Assembly: GCA_964427285.1 (NCBI GenBank)
Contig: CAYRTS010000003.1
Span: 13,737-77,736 of the forward strand
Source: an uncultured Anaerolineaceae bacterium
GTDB taxonomy: Bacteria; Chloroflexota; Limnocylindria; Limnocylindrales; CSP1-4
DNA: 64,000 nucleotides
Direction of reading: 5' to 3'
Shown: in pieces, positions 46,168 through 56,500 of the stretch
Layout of the letters: each line of letters starts with the position of its first letter
Numbering within the stretch: the first letter of the stretch is position 1
Notes under the pieces: generated by a model
What the model was told of the DNA's origin: nothing
The model's database searches: none
Seen by the model: the letters and a program-made list of their open reading frames with translations, nothing else
Program-made: the position numbers and the translations under genes

Positions 46168-48783
46168 ATGACGCCGCTGGCCAGGCGAGTGGCCACGTCA
46201 TTGGCCACGCCGATCGATCTGCGCCGGCAGCGTGACGCCAGTGACGACGACCTCGCCGCCCGGCTCCACCCGGCCTACCGCGAGTCGATCGGTCGCATCC
46301 CGGTCGGTCGGCAGGTCTTCCGCGGGCTGCCATTCTGGCTGGCCGGGCCGGCGGCTCGGCGCCGCTGGATCGTGCTGGACCGGACGGTCGAGGTGGACCT
46401 GCGGTCATACGGGTCGGCCAGTCACGTGGTGATCGCCCATTTCTGCGACGCCTGGCAAGGACCGCAGGGGCGTCGACCCGACGACCTGCCGGTCGGTTGG
46501 GTCGAGGCCGTCGGCCAGGACCTCGCCCGCTACACGCTCACTCCCGTCGCCGGTCCACCGGCCGGCGGGCTGATCCGGCGACGGTTCGAGGTCAATGAGG
46601 GCATCATCGGCTGGGGACAGGGTGCGTTCGCCGCCCATCCGCACCGGTTCGACGAGCCGCTCGACTGGCGCGGGCCCTATCCCGCTTCGGAACCGCCTCG
46701 CTACGCAGCGCCGGGGCAGGCCGGCCTGCTGGCGATGCTCCCGGGCGCGTGGGGGCCGGCGCAGACCGGCGTGGCCGACAGTGTCCCGAGCCCGACGAAC
46801 GAGATCGTGCTGTGGCTGCACGAGATCGAAGTCCCCGGCGGATCAACCGGCCTGGCTCGTCTGCGCATGGAGCCGTTGGCCTTGCCGCGCGACGGGAACG
46901 TCGTCGTCGTCGCGGCGATCACCGTGTTCCGGGGGACCGACTCGCCGCTCCGTCTTGAGCCAAGGCGAACGCTGCGGATCGAGGGCCACCCCGCGAGTGA
47001 CGGCCCAGGTGCGCGCAGCCGACCATCGGTCCGGGTCGATCTCGGCCAGGTCATCCGGGAACGGGCAGCCCCGGCTCCTCGCGGCCCGGCCAGTTGGCCG
47101 GCCGATTCGATCGCGGGTTGGGGGAGCGCACGGACCACGGTCGCTTCCTCGGCCACACTCGTCGACATCGCCATGGCGCGGGATGCCACGATCTCGCTCA
47201 ATGACGAGGTCGTGCCGGCGCGGCAGCTTCCAGCGGATGGCCGACCGCGTCGGTTCGGCGGGGTCACGATTGAGCCCCTGCCGCTGGCGACCCGCCGAGT
47301 CCAGGTCGAAGTCGTCGACACCGCGACCGGTGAACCGATGCCGGCGCGTGTCCATTTCCGTGCCGCGGACGGCCGCTACCTGCCGCCGCTCGGCCATCGC
47401 GAGGAAATCAACCCAGGCCTGAATGAGGATGTCGGAGCCGACCTGATCCTCGGCGACACGCCGTACGCGTATGTATCGGGCCGCTTCGCGATCGATCTGC
47501 CGGTCGGCACCGTCCACATCGAGGCGGTCCATGGTTTCGACCATCGGCCGCTCCGGCGATCCATCGAGGTCGACGGGGGAACGGAACCGCTCGTGCTGGC
47601 CCTCGAGCCCGTCCCTGGACCGACAGGTGAGGACTGGGTGGCGGCCGACAGCCACGTCCACTTCATCTCGCCGACGTCGGCCCTCCTCCAGGCCCAGGCC
47701 GAGGGAGTCGAGATCGTCAACCTTCTCGCGACGCAGTGGGGCGATCACCACACGAGCGTCACCGATCTGCCGATCGCCGCGGTGCACGACCGGTCCGGGC
47801 GCCACATCGTCGTGATGGGCAGCGAGAACCGCCAGAACATGCTCGGCCATATCGGCCTGCTCGGCGCCGCCAGCGCGATTCTGCCGATGGCCAGTGGCGG
47901 CTCGCCGGAGGGTCGCATGGGTGATCCCCTGAGCATGCTCATGGCGGACTGGGCGGACGCGGTGCGTGCGCAGCATGGGCTGGCGCTGGCAGTCCACTTC
48001 CCACTGCCCTATGCCGAGGTCGCCGCCGACATCGTGGCCGGCAAGATCGATGCAGTAGAGATGCAGGCGCTGACGCCCGGCGTCGATGGTCCATCGATCC
48101 GGGAGTGGTACCGCTTCCTCAACTGCGGCTTCCGGCTGCCGGTTGTCGGTGGCACGGACAAGATGTCGGCCGAGATCCCGCTCGGCGGGATCCGGACCTA
48201 TGCCCGCCTCGCGGCCGGGCTGGAGCTGTCGTTCGAGGCGTGGGCGGACGCGGTCCGCGCTGGCCGGACGTTCGTCTCGTCGGGCCCATTGATCGAGTTC
48301 GTCGTCGACGGCCGCGAGCCTGGTGACGTCATCGCGTTCGGATCGGGCGGTGGGACCGTCGAGGTCCGAGCGAGCGCGTGGGCCGCGCTCCCTGTCATCG
48401 ATGGGATCGAGCTCATCCACGATGGCGCGGTCGTGGCGTCGACCAAGGCAGCGGGAGGCACGGATCGCCTGGCCCTCGCCGAGCGGGTGACCGTCAAGAA
48501 CGGTGGCTGGCTGGCGGCCCGGGTCACGAGCGGCGAGCAGATCCCGTCGGCCTTCGCCACCAGCATGGGCGCCCATACCTCGCCGGTGTATCTCGAGGTG
48601 GGCGGGCGACCGGCCTTCAGCGCAGCCGATGCCGCGGTCATCGGGACGATCATCGACGGGGCACGGACCTGGGTTGAATCGATCGCGACCGTCGCGTCCG
48701 GGGCCGACCGGCGGCGGCTGGCCGGCTACTTCGAGACCAGTCGGGCCCGCCTCGACGCGATGATCCGCGAGCACGCGAGGTAA
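46168..48783 (+). CDS. Large protein: unknown N-terminal ~430 aa plus C-terminal CehA/McbA-type (PHP-like) metallohydrolase domain
   Basis: ATG at 46168 follows GGAGGA. The C-terminal half has WVAADSHVHF, GSENRQNMLGHIGLLG and GGTDKMS, as in CehA/McbA-family metal hydrolases. I recognise nothing in the N-terminal half. Confidence 0.6.
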   Translation: MTPLARRVATSLATPIDLRRQRDASDDDLAARLHPAYRESIGRIPVGRQVFRGLPFWLAGPAARRRWIVLDRTVEVDLRSYGSASHVVIAHFCDAWQGPQGRRPDDLPVGWVEAVGQDLARYTLTPVAGPPAGGLIRRRFEVNEGIIGWGQGAFAAHPHRFDEPLDWRGPYPASEPPRYAAPGQAGLLAMLPGAWGPAQTGVADSVPSPTNEIVLWLHEIEVPGGSTGLARLRMEPLALPRDGNVVVVAAITVFRGTDSPLRLEPRRTLRIEGHPASDGPGARSRPSVRVDLGQVIRERAAPAPRGPASWPADSIAGWGSARTTVASSATLVDIAMARDATISLNDEVVPARQLPADGRPRRFGGVTIEPLPLATRRVQVEVVDTATGEPMPARVHFRAADGRYLPPLGHREEINPGLNEDVGADLILGDTPYAYVSGRFAIDLPVGTVHIEAVHGFDHRPLRRSIEVDGGTEPLVLALEPVPGPTGEDWVAADSHVHFISPTSALLQAQAEGVEIVNLLATQWGDHHTSVTDLPIAAVHDRSGRHIVVMGSENRQNMLGHIGLLGAASAILPMASGGSPEGRMGDPLSMLMADWADAVRAQHGLALAVHFPLPYAEVAADIVAGKIDAVEMQALTPGVDGPSIREWYRFLNCGFRLPVVGGTDKMSAEIPLGGIRTYARLAAGLELSFEAWADAVRAGRTFVSSGPLIEFVVDGREPGDVIAFGSGGGTVEVRASAWAALPVIDGIELIHDGAVVASTKAAGGTDRLALAERVTVKNGGWLAARVTSGEQIPSAFATSMGAHTSPVYLEVGGRPAFSAADAAVIGTIIDGARTWVESIATVASGADRRRLAGYFETSRARLDAMIREHAR

Positions 48784-48801
48784 CGAGGCGCCCCGGGCGG
48801 A

Positions 48802-49770
48802 TCAGTCGGCCGCGAGCTCCCGCGCAACACCGGCCAGCGCCTCGAGGGTCGCCGGGTCGAACGGCGCCATCCAATCGAACACGACGAGCGATGCGCCCGC
48901 TTCGGCCAGCGCGGCCAGCCGGTCGGTGATCATCGAGATCGGGCCCACGAACGGGTTCGCCGCGGCCGCATCGCGAGCGACAGCTGCCGGCGTCCCGTGA
49001 CGGGCGAGGATCGCGGCATGGTCGTGCTGCGCAGCCCGCATCGTCGGACGCACGAGGGGCGAAGGCTGGCCGATCGTCCGGCGGATCGATCCGGGCGACC
49101 GACCGACGGACTCGCAATGCGCATCGAGGACGCCGTTCAGCCGGGCGAATTCAACGGGATCGTTGCCGTCGGCGTTCCACCAGTCGGCGTAGCGAGCGAC
49201 GATCCGTAGCGTCCGTTTCTCGCCCGAGCCGCCGATGATCAGCGGGAGTCTCGACTGGAGTGGCGGCGGGTCATTGACCGCGTCGTGCGCCTCGAACCAT
49301 CGGCCGGCCAGGGTCACGCGCTCGCCGTCGAGCAGCCCGCGGCAGATCGCGGCAGCCTCTTCCAGACGGTCGAGTCGCTCCCGCACGGCCGGGTACGGGA
49401 AGCCGTACATCCGGTGGTCGCGCTCGTGCCAGCCGGCGCCGATCCCGAGCACCGCCCTCCCTCCCGACGCGTGATCGAGCGCCGTCGCCATCCGGACGAG
49501 CAGGCCCGGGTTGCGGTAGCCGACGCCCGAGACCATGCACCCGAGCCGGATGCGGGAGGTGGTGGCCACCCACCCGCCCAGGACGGACCAGCCCTCGAAG
49601 ACTGGCCCATCGACCGGGCCGACCACCGACTCCGGGCCGAGGGCGGGCACGAAATGATCGTTCGACCATAGCGATTCGAAACCCAGCTCATCGATCGAGC
49701 GGCCGGCCGCCATGAGGTCCGGCCACGCGACGTGACTCGCCCAAACCTGGAGGCCGACCGCGATTCCCAT
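48802..49770 (-). CDS. LLM-class (luciferase-like) F420-dependent oxidoreductase
   Basis: Trimmed to the ATG at 49770. Motifs: FESLWSNDHF, LGIGAGWHERDH and PLIIGGSGEKRTL. Confidence 0.75.
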   Translation of the reverse strand: MGIAVGLQVWASHVAWPDLMAAGRSIDELGFESLWSNDHFVPALGPESVVGPVDGPVFEGWSVLGGWVATTSRIRLGCMVSGVGYRNPGLLVRMATALDHASGGRAVLGIGAGWHERDHRMYGFPYPAVRERLDRLEEAAAICRGLLDGERVTLAGRWFEAHDAVNDPPPLQSRLPLIIGGSGEKRTLRIVARYADWWNADGNDPVEFARLNGVLDAHCESVGRSPGSIRRTIGQPSPLVRPTMRAAQHDHAAILARHGTPAAVARDAAAANPFVGPISMITDRLAALAEAGASLVVFDWMAPFDPATLEALAGVARELAAD

Positions 49771-49787
49771 GGCTCGGGCGACTGGGC

Positions 49788-50270
49788 TCAGTCGGCCCTT
49801 GTCAGTTCGGCGGCGGCGGCCTGGACGGCTGCGACGATCCCGACATAGCCGGTGCAGCGACACAGGTTGCCTGAGAGGCCGGCCCGGATGTCATCCTCGG
49901 TTGGGTCCGGGTTGGCGCGCAGGAGGGCGGTCGCGCTGATCAGCATCCCGGGGGTGCAGAACCCGCACTGGACGCCGCCGTGCTCGAGGAAGGCCCGCTG
50001 CAGCGGATGGAGCGTGGAGCCCGAAGCGAGCCCCTCGACGGTCGTGACCTGGCGACCATCGGCCTGCAGCGCGAGATACGAGCAGGAATTCACCGGACGG
50101 CCGTCGATCAGGACCATGCAGGCGCCGCACTCGGAATCGTCGCAGCCCTCCTTGGATCCGGTCAGTCCGAGTTCGCCGCGCAGGACGGACAGCAACGTCC
50201 GGCCCGGCTCGATCTCCAGTGGGTAGCTCGTTTCGTTCACCTGGAGCGTCACGGGGTAGCGCACGATCAA
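49788..50270 (-). CDS. (2Fe-2S)-binding small subunit of a xanthine-dehydrogenase-family molybdoenzyme (CoxS-like)
   Basis: Motifs: GCDDSECGACMV, CGFCTPG and CRCTGY. Confidence 0.9.
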   Translation of the reverse strand: MIVRYPVTLQVNETSYPLEIEPGRTLLSVLRGELGLTGSKEGCDDSECGACMVLIDGRPVNSCSYLALQADGRQVTTVEGLASGSTLHPLQRAFLEHGGVQCGFCTPGMLISATALLRANPDPTEDDIRAGLSGNLCRCTGYVGIVAAVQAAAAELTRAD

Positions 50271-51163
50271 CTCGCTCCGAAGGTGCTGGCGCTGGCTGGA
50301 ATCAGGAGCGTCTCGCCGCGTGCCCGGGCGATCGCCCCGGTGACGGCGCGGCGCACGACAACGGCCGCCATCGCCCGGCGGTAGTCGAGCGAGGCGCGGA
50401 CGTCGGAGATCGGCGTCGCGGCCCCGGCCGCGAGCCTGCCCGCTTCCGCTGCGGCGGCGGGTCCCCCGTCGGAGCCGATCAGGGAGGATTCGGCGGCGGC
50501 GATCCGGCGAACCGTCGGGGCAAGCGCCGTGATGGCGATCCGGGCCTCGCGAACAATGTCGCCCTCGAGACGCACCACGGCTGTTGCGCCGACCACGGCG
50601 ATCTCCATCTGGCGGCGGTACTCGAGTCGGACATAGCAGCTGCCGGCTCCTGTGAGTTCGGGTAGCTCGACCGCGACGATGATTTCGTCCTGGCGGATGG
50701 CGGTCCGACCGGGACCGCTGAACAGATCGGCAAGGGCGATGCGGCGGCTACCGGTCGCGGAGCGGACTTCGACGAGCGCTTCGAAACAGAGCAACGGCCC
50801 GCTCGTCTCGGCAGCCGGCGAGGCGTTCGCGAGGTTCCCGCCGAGCGTCCCGATGTGCCGCGTGGCCGGTGAGCCGACGATCGATGCCGCGTCGGCGATG
50901 GCTGTCCAGCGGTCACGGATGGCCTGATCAGCGGCGAGATCGGCGTGGCTGGTGGTCGCGCCGATCCGGAGGCCACCGTCAGTCGCGACGATCCCGTGGA
51001 GCTCTGCGATCCGGTCCAGCGCCACGAGGTCTTCGGGCAAGGTCCACTTGCCCTGGCGGGTCCCGACAACGAGGTCCGTCCCGCCGGCGACGGGTCGGTG
51101 TCCCGAGGCGACCGCGGTCAGGGCGTCGGCCAGCGAGCTCGGGGCGCTGAAATGCCCGCCCAT
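50267..51163 (-). CDS. FAD-binding medium subunit (CoxM-like)
   Basis: Trimmed to the ATG at 51163. Motifs: PVAGGTDLVV and GTLGGNLANASPA. Confidence 0.85.
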   Translation of the reverse strand: MGGHFSAPSSLADALTAVASGHRPVAGGTDLVVGTRQGKWTLPEDLVALDRIAELHGIVATDGGLRIGATTSHADLAADQAIRDRWTAIADAASIVGSPATRHIGTLGGNLANASPAAETSGPLLCFEALVEVRSATGSRRIALADLFSGPGRTAIRQDEIIVAVELPELTGAGSCYVRLEYRRQMEIAVVGATAVVRLEGDIVREARIAITALAPTVRRIAAAESSLIGSDGGPAAAAEAGRLAAGAATPISDVRASLDYRRAMAAVVVRRAVTGAIARARGETLLIPASASTFGAS

Positions 51164-51164
51164 C

Positions 51165-53447
51165 TCAGCTTTCGCCGTTCGCGGCAATGGCGCCCCAGAT
51201 CCGCTCGGGCGTCATCGGCAGCTCGTGGATCCGGGTACCCAGGGCCCGGGCGATGGCATTGGCGATGGCGCCGGGCGTCGGGACATTCGGCGGCTCGGCG
51301 ATCCCCTTGAGCCCCTTGGGACCGGCGGCCGGTGAGGGAGCGTCGACGAAGTCGACGTGGATCGGCGGCATGTCCGCCACGGTCTGGAGCTTGTAGTCGA
51401 GGAGGTAGGCGTTGCGCTGCCGGCCGTCCGCTGAAAGCTGGATCCCCTCGCTGAGCGCCTGCCCGATCCCCATCGCCACGCCGCCGTAGATCTGGCCGGC
51501 CGCCCCGATCGGGTTAATGATCATCCCCGATTCGTGGGCCGCAGCGATCTCGAGGACGCGGACAACGCCGGTATCGCGGTCGACCTTGACCCGGGCGGCG
51601 TGGGTGAAGAACGTGGGCGCCGCAAACGACTCCGCACCCAGGCGCCCAACGCAGCTAGCGGCGTTGACGGCCGGCTTGGGTGGCGGCAGACCTGAGCCGC
51701 GCCCCAGCAACAGGCCGGCCCCCGAAGCCTCCGAGGCGAGATCCGCGATCGACACCGATGCGGTGCTGCTCCCCTTGACCCGGGCCATCCCATCGACAAG
51801 TTCGAGATCCGCCAGGTTGGCCTCGAGAAGATTGGCGGCAAGCTCGAGGAGCTGATCCCGGACCTCGGTCGCGGCGGCGATCACCGCCCGGCCGTTGTTG
51901 AACGTGGTCTGCGAGCCACTGGCGCCGCTGTCGTACGGCCCGGCGTCCGTGTCCTGGTACAGGATCCTGAATTGGTCTGGCCGCATCCCGAGCACCTCGG
52001 CGGCAAGGATCGGCAGGGCCATGACGGCGCCGGTGCCGCATTCCTGGGCCCCGGTGACGATCGTCCCGCTGCCATCGGCATTGATCGTGAGGTGGGCCCC
52101 CGACGCCAGCGGGAATGACGGCCACCAGCCGGTCGCGATACCGATCGCCTCGCCCTCTGGCAACGACTTCCCCCAGCCGACGGCGGCCGCCGCGCGCTCG
52201 AGCGTCTCGATGACGCCGATCCGCTCAAAGACCTGTCCCGTCGGACCGGTGTCACCTTCGTGGACCAGGTTCCGGCGACGGAATTCGACCGGGTCAAGGC
52301 CCAGTCGTTCGGCGACAACGTCATGGTGCTGTTCGAGCGCCCAGCAGGTCGTCGGTCCGGTTGGCGCCCGAACGGATCCTGATGGTTGGGTATTGGTGTA
52401 GACGACATCGGCGGTGACATCGACATTCGGGATCCGGTACGGCCCGACCGCGAACATGGCGGCCAGCTGACCGAGGAACGGCTCGTCCATGCTGTACGCG
52501 CCGTTGTCCACGATCAGGTGTCCGCGGCGGGCCACGATCGTGCCATCGCGCCGAACGCCCGTCTCGAGTTCCATGATCATTCGTTCGCGGCGATGGTCCG
52601 GCAACAGGAATTCCTCGCGCCGCGAGAAGACCACCTTGACGGCCCGACCGGCGGCCTTTGACAGCGCCGCGACCTGGGCCTCGAAACCGAGTTCGCATTT
52701 CGCCCCGAACCCGCCGCCGAGGTGGGGCACGATCACCCGGATCTGGTTCTGCGCGAGGCCGAGCGTTTCGGCCACCCCGGACCTGACCGCAAACGGCACC
52801 TGCGTGGACGTCCAGATGGTCACGTGGTCGCCAGTCCACTCGGCGAGGATCGCCCGCGGCTCGATCGGGACCGCATGGGAGCCGTCCGCAATGTAGCGAT
52901 CCTTGACCACGATGTCTGCTTCGGCCATGGCGGTCGCGGCGTCGCCCTTCACGATCGTGGATCGCGACGCGAGATTGCGGTCACGGACGAGGTTTTCGTC
53001 GGCCTCATAGGTCGCCCACGCATCGTGGACCAGGGGCGCATCGGGGCGCGTCGCAAGTTGAAGGTCGGTCACGGATGGGAGGACTTCAAGGTCGATATCG
53101 ATCAACGCCGCCGCCCGGGCGGCAATCTCAGGGGTGGCGGCGGCGACCGCGGCGATCAGCTCTCCCTCCCAGCGCACGACGTCGCGGGCGAAGAGCGTCC
53201 GGTCCTTGAGGAAGGCCCCGTAGCGGAGGTCGGGCACGTCCGCTGCCGTGATGACCGCATGGACGCCGGGCAGCGCTCGTGCGGCCGCCGTATCAAGCCG
53301 GCGGATGCGGGCGTGGGGGACATCGGCCACGCGGAACGCCCCGTGGAGCATCCCGGTCACGGTGAGGTCCGCCGTGTAGCGCCCGCTACCGGTGACCTTG
53401 TCCCGGCCGTCCTGCCGGATCAGTGCGGGGGGCGGGATCGGCGTCAT
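51165..53447 (-). CDS. Molybdopterin-binding large subunit of a xanthine dehydrogenase/aldehyde oxidase family enzyme (CoxL-like, not a CO dehydrogenase signature)
   Basis: Trimmed to the ATG at 53447. Motifs: RQDGRDKVTGSGRYTAD and HLGGGFGAK. The active-site loop reads SGSVRAPTGP rather than AYxCSFR or AYRGAGR. Confidence 0.85.
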   Translation of the reverse strand: MTPIPPPALIRQDGRDKVTGSGRYTADLTVTGMLHGAFRVADVPHARIRRLDTAAARALPGVHAVITAADVPDLRYGAFLKDRTLFARDVVRWEGELIAAVAAATPEIAARAAALIDIDLEVLPSVTDLQLATRPDAPLVHDAWATYEADENLVRDRNLASRSTIVKGDAATAMAEADIVVKDRYIADGSHAVPIEPRAILAEWTGDHVTIWTSTQVPFAVRSGVAETLGLAQNQIRVIVPHLGGGFGAKCELGFEAQVAALSKAAGRAVKVVFSRREEFLLPDHRRERMIMELETGVRRDGTIVARRGHLIVDNGAYSMDEPFLGQLAAMFAVGPYRIPNVDVTADVVYTNTQPSGSVRAPTGPTTCWALEQHHDVVAERLGLDPVEFRRRNLVHEGDTGPTGQVFERIGVIETLERAAAAVGWGKSLPEGEAIGIATGWWPSFPLASGAHLTINADGSGTIVTGAQECGTGAVMALPILAAEVLGMRPDQFRILYQDTDAGPYDSGASGSQTTFNNGRAVIAAATEVRDQLLELAANLLEANLADLELVDGMARVKGSSTASVSIADLASEASGAGLLLGRGSGLPPPKPAVNAASCVGRLGAESFAAPTFFTHAARVKVDRDTGVVRVLEIAAAHESGMIINPIGAAGQIYGGVAMGIGQALSEGIQLSADGRQRNAYLLDYKLQTVADMPPIHVDFVDAPSPAAGPKGLKGIAEPPNVPTPGAIANAIARALGTRIHELPMTPERIWGAIAANGES

Positions 53448-53596
53448 GGCGGGAGGATACCGCACGGCCGGAGTCGGCGAGGCGCCAGGAAACAGGTATC
53501 GACGGCCACGCTGGGTCCATACTCTGCGGATCATGCCGCACTCCATCAGCGCTGCCCGATTCGGCGGACCTGACCCTGTCCCAGGAGGTCCGGAGC

Positions 53597-56500
53597 ATGG
53601 CCCTGGCTGACGAACCAGGAGTCGCGGTCGCCGTTAGATCCAGCGTGACCTTGTGTCCGCTGGCGATGCAGGCGCGCGGCTCGGGCGAGCGGCTGGTGGG
53701 CCGGCCGATCGAGCTGGCCGCCATTCGCCAGGAACTGGCCACCGCAGCGTCGGGGAAGTTCGCCTGCGTGACCCTCGAAGGGGAGCCGGGGATCGGCAAG
53801 ACCCGGCTTCTCATGGCGGCCCTCGACCTGGTCGCGGCTGAGGGCTTCATTCCGGCGGCGGTCGCTGCGGACGAGGAGCTGCGGGGCCCCTTTCTGCTGG
53901 CCCGGTCCATCTTCGGATGCCAGGCCATCCAGGAGCTGCCCGCCGCCAGCCCTGCCGGATCGGCGGTGCGGCGAGCGCTCGACGCGATCGCCGGCCGGGA
54001 CGACCCGTCCCTGGCTGGTCTCCCCGCGGACGACAAGCTCCTGCGGACCTACGACCTGGCGGCCGTGGCCATCGCGGAACTGGCCGCGGTGCGCCCGCTT
54101 GCGATCGTCCTGGACGACCTGCAGTGGGCCGACGAGGACAGCCTGCGGCTCCTTCGCTATGTCATCCGGAGCGCGGCCGGCAGCCGGATCCTCCTGCTCA
54201 TCGCCCTGCGCCCGGAGGAAACCGCCGGATACAACGAGCTGGTCACCCTGGTCGCCGACATGGAGCGACTCGGCTTCCTGCGCCGGCTCCGCCTCCACCG
54301 CTTCACCCCGGCCGAGACCGCGGACTTCCTCCGACTTGTCCTCGGCGGCGATGTCAATCCTCTCAGCGGGGCGACGGTTCATGGGCAGGCCGAGGGCGTC
54401 CCGTTCATCGTCGAGGAGCTGGCCAAGGCGTATCGCGAAGCGGGCATGATCCGCCCGGTGGATGGCGTATGGACACTCGCCAGGAACGCGAGTCGCATCG
54501 TCCCTGCCGCGGTCCAAACGCTGATCCACCGGCGCGCGGCCCGGCTACCGGATGCCACCAAGGCGCTCCTGGCGGACGCGGGGATTCTCGGCCGCAGTTT
54601 CAGCCTGCGCGATCTTCGCGCCGTGAGCGACCAGCTGGGCGGTTCGGCCGTGGACGGTGCCGATCTGACCGAGCTGCTCGCCCCGGCAATCGCCGCCGGG
54701 TTGCTGATGCGATACCCCGAGGGGTCGGCGGCGGATTACGCCTTTCCGCATGAACAGGTCCGCGACTTCGTCGTGTCGTCGCTCCCGACGACGCGGCGGC
54801 GGCGTCTTCATGGCGCCATCGTGGAACTCCTGTCCGGGGCCGGCGAGCCATCTCCGGAGAGCCTGCCCATGCTCGCCCATCACGCCCGTGCGGCAGGCAA
54901 CGCGGAACTCAGCGCCCAGTTCGCCATCGAGGCCGCGAAGACGGCGCTCGCTCGGAACGCGCCGGAAGAGGTGATCCGGTCGGTCGAGCTGGGTCTCCCC
55001 GTGATCATCGAGCCACGAGACAGGGTGACGCTGCTGCTCCTGCGTGACGAAGCGCTTGGCATGCTTCACCGGTCGGGCGAGCGGCTGGACGCGCTGGCCG
55101 AAGTGTCAGCCCTGGCCGACGCGCTGCGCGACCCGAGCCTGACGCTCCGGCTGATGCTCCGGCGGTCGGCCGCGCTGCGCGACTCCAGCGACGAGGAGAC
55201 GGCGGCCGACGTCGCCCGGGAGGTCCGCCGCCGGGCTCAGGCCATGAAAGACCGACACCTGGAGCTGGCCGCGGACCTCGAACTCGGCCAGGCCCTGCTT
55301 CGGAGCCCACTCGGGGAAGCGTTCGTACCGGTCATCACGGAGATCGATGCCGACGGGGCGGGAGAAGCGTTCGAGTCGGCAGTCGAGCTGGCCCGGGCGC
55401 TCGGGGACGATCGCAGCCTCGCTGCCGCAAGCCGGGAGCTCGGCGTGGTCGCCATGGCCAGGGTCCGCGCCGCGTTCATCGATACGGTCCTCTCCGGCGC
55501 CCTTCCGCAGGACGTGCTCCTCAACGGTCCCCTTGCCGTGGTGTACAAGGAAGCGGTCGGTCGGTTCCAGCAGGCGATCGAGCTGTACGACCGCCTGGGC
55601 GATCGACATGGGCTGATGTCGTCCATCCTGGGTCTGGCGTATGCGACGTGGGGCGCCGAATTCGTTTTCTCGGGGGCGATCCGTCGCCTCGACGAACTCC
55701 GCCGACTCACCAATCGCATGTCGACCCTGGCCACAGAGAGCGAGCGGAACCTGGCCGAACTTCAACTCCTGTACGGGATTCATGTCTATGCCCGTGAGTT
55801 CGGGGATCCCGACCTCAGCCTGTCTCGCGGCGAGGAGGCCTATCGCCGAGCTCGTGCGCTCGGCGACCGGACGGTGGAGTTCCTGGCCGCGGGGGGGATG
55901 GCGTTGGCGCGCCTCCAGGTGGGCGGCGTCGCGGAGGCCGAAGACTGGCTGAGGCGAGCCGCGGAGGCGGCCTCGGCCGCTCCGACCCCGCTCAAGGCAC
56001 GGCGGTTGGAGTCCTGGCGCGGGCGCTGGGCTGGGGTTACTGGGCAGACCGCGGAGATGCGCAAACACCTCGCGCGGGCCGTCGAACTGGCGGTCGAGCA
56101 AGGTCTGCCCGCAGCTCGTTGCGAGGCGATGGCGCGCCTCGCGATCGAGGCGGCACGGCTGGGAAGCCAGGAGCGTGACAGCGAGCTGCTCGCCGTGGCC
56201 GAAGGTGCTGCGCAGGAGGCCATCGAGCTGGCCGCATCGCTTCCGGGACATCCGCCCTGGCGCGCCCAGGCCAACGCGGCGCTCACCTACGTCCATCTGG
56301 CGCGCAATGAGCCGGATGCCGCGCTCCAGAGCGCGCGATCGGCCGTGGCCGACTTCTTCGAGAGCGAGCAGGCCGAGATGTTCCTGGAGATCTGGCTGCC
56401 CTGCGCGCGCGTGATCCTCCCGCTGGGCACCGAGGACGAGGCGGCGGCTATCCGTGGCAGGCTCCAGATCCTGCTCGGTGGTGTCGCCGAACACACGCTC

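Noticed and set aside
20393-48783. Interpreting the cluster as an aminoglycoside/aminocyclitol biosynthetic gene cluster
   Set aside because: There is no 2-deoxy-scyllo-inosose synthase, and no glycosyltransferases, resistance genes or exporters. The presence of iolB/iolD ring-cleavage genes, an importer and LacI repressors favours catabolism. Biosynthesis stays only as a minor alternative inside the main finding.
51165-53447. CoxL as a genuine aerobic CO dehydrogenase
   Set aside because: The diagnostic active-site loop (AYxCSFR for form I, AYRGAGR for form II) is absent; the corresponding region reads SGSVRAPTGP. I call it a generic xanthine dehydrogenase/aldehyde oxidase family enzyme.
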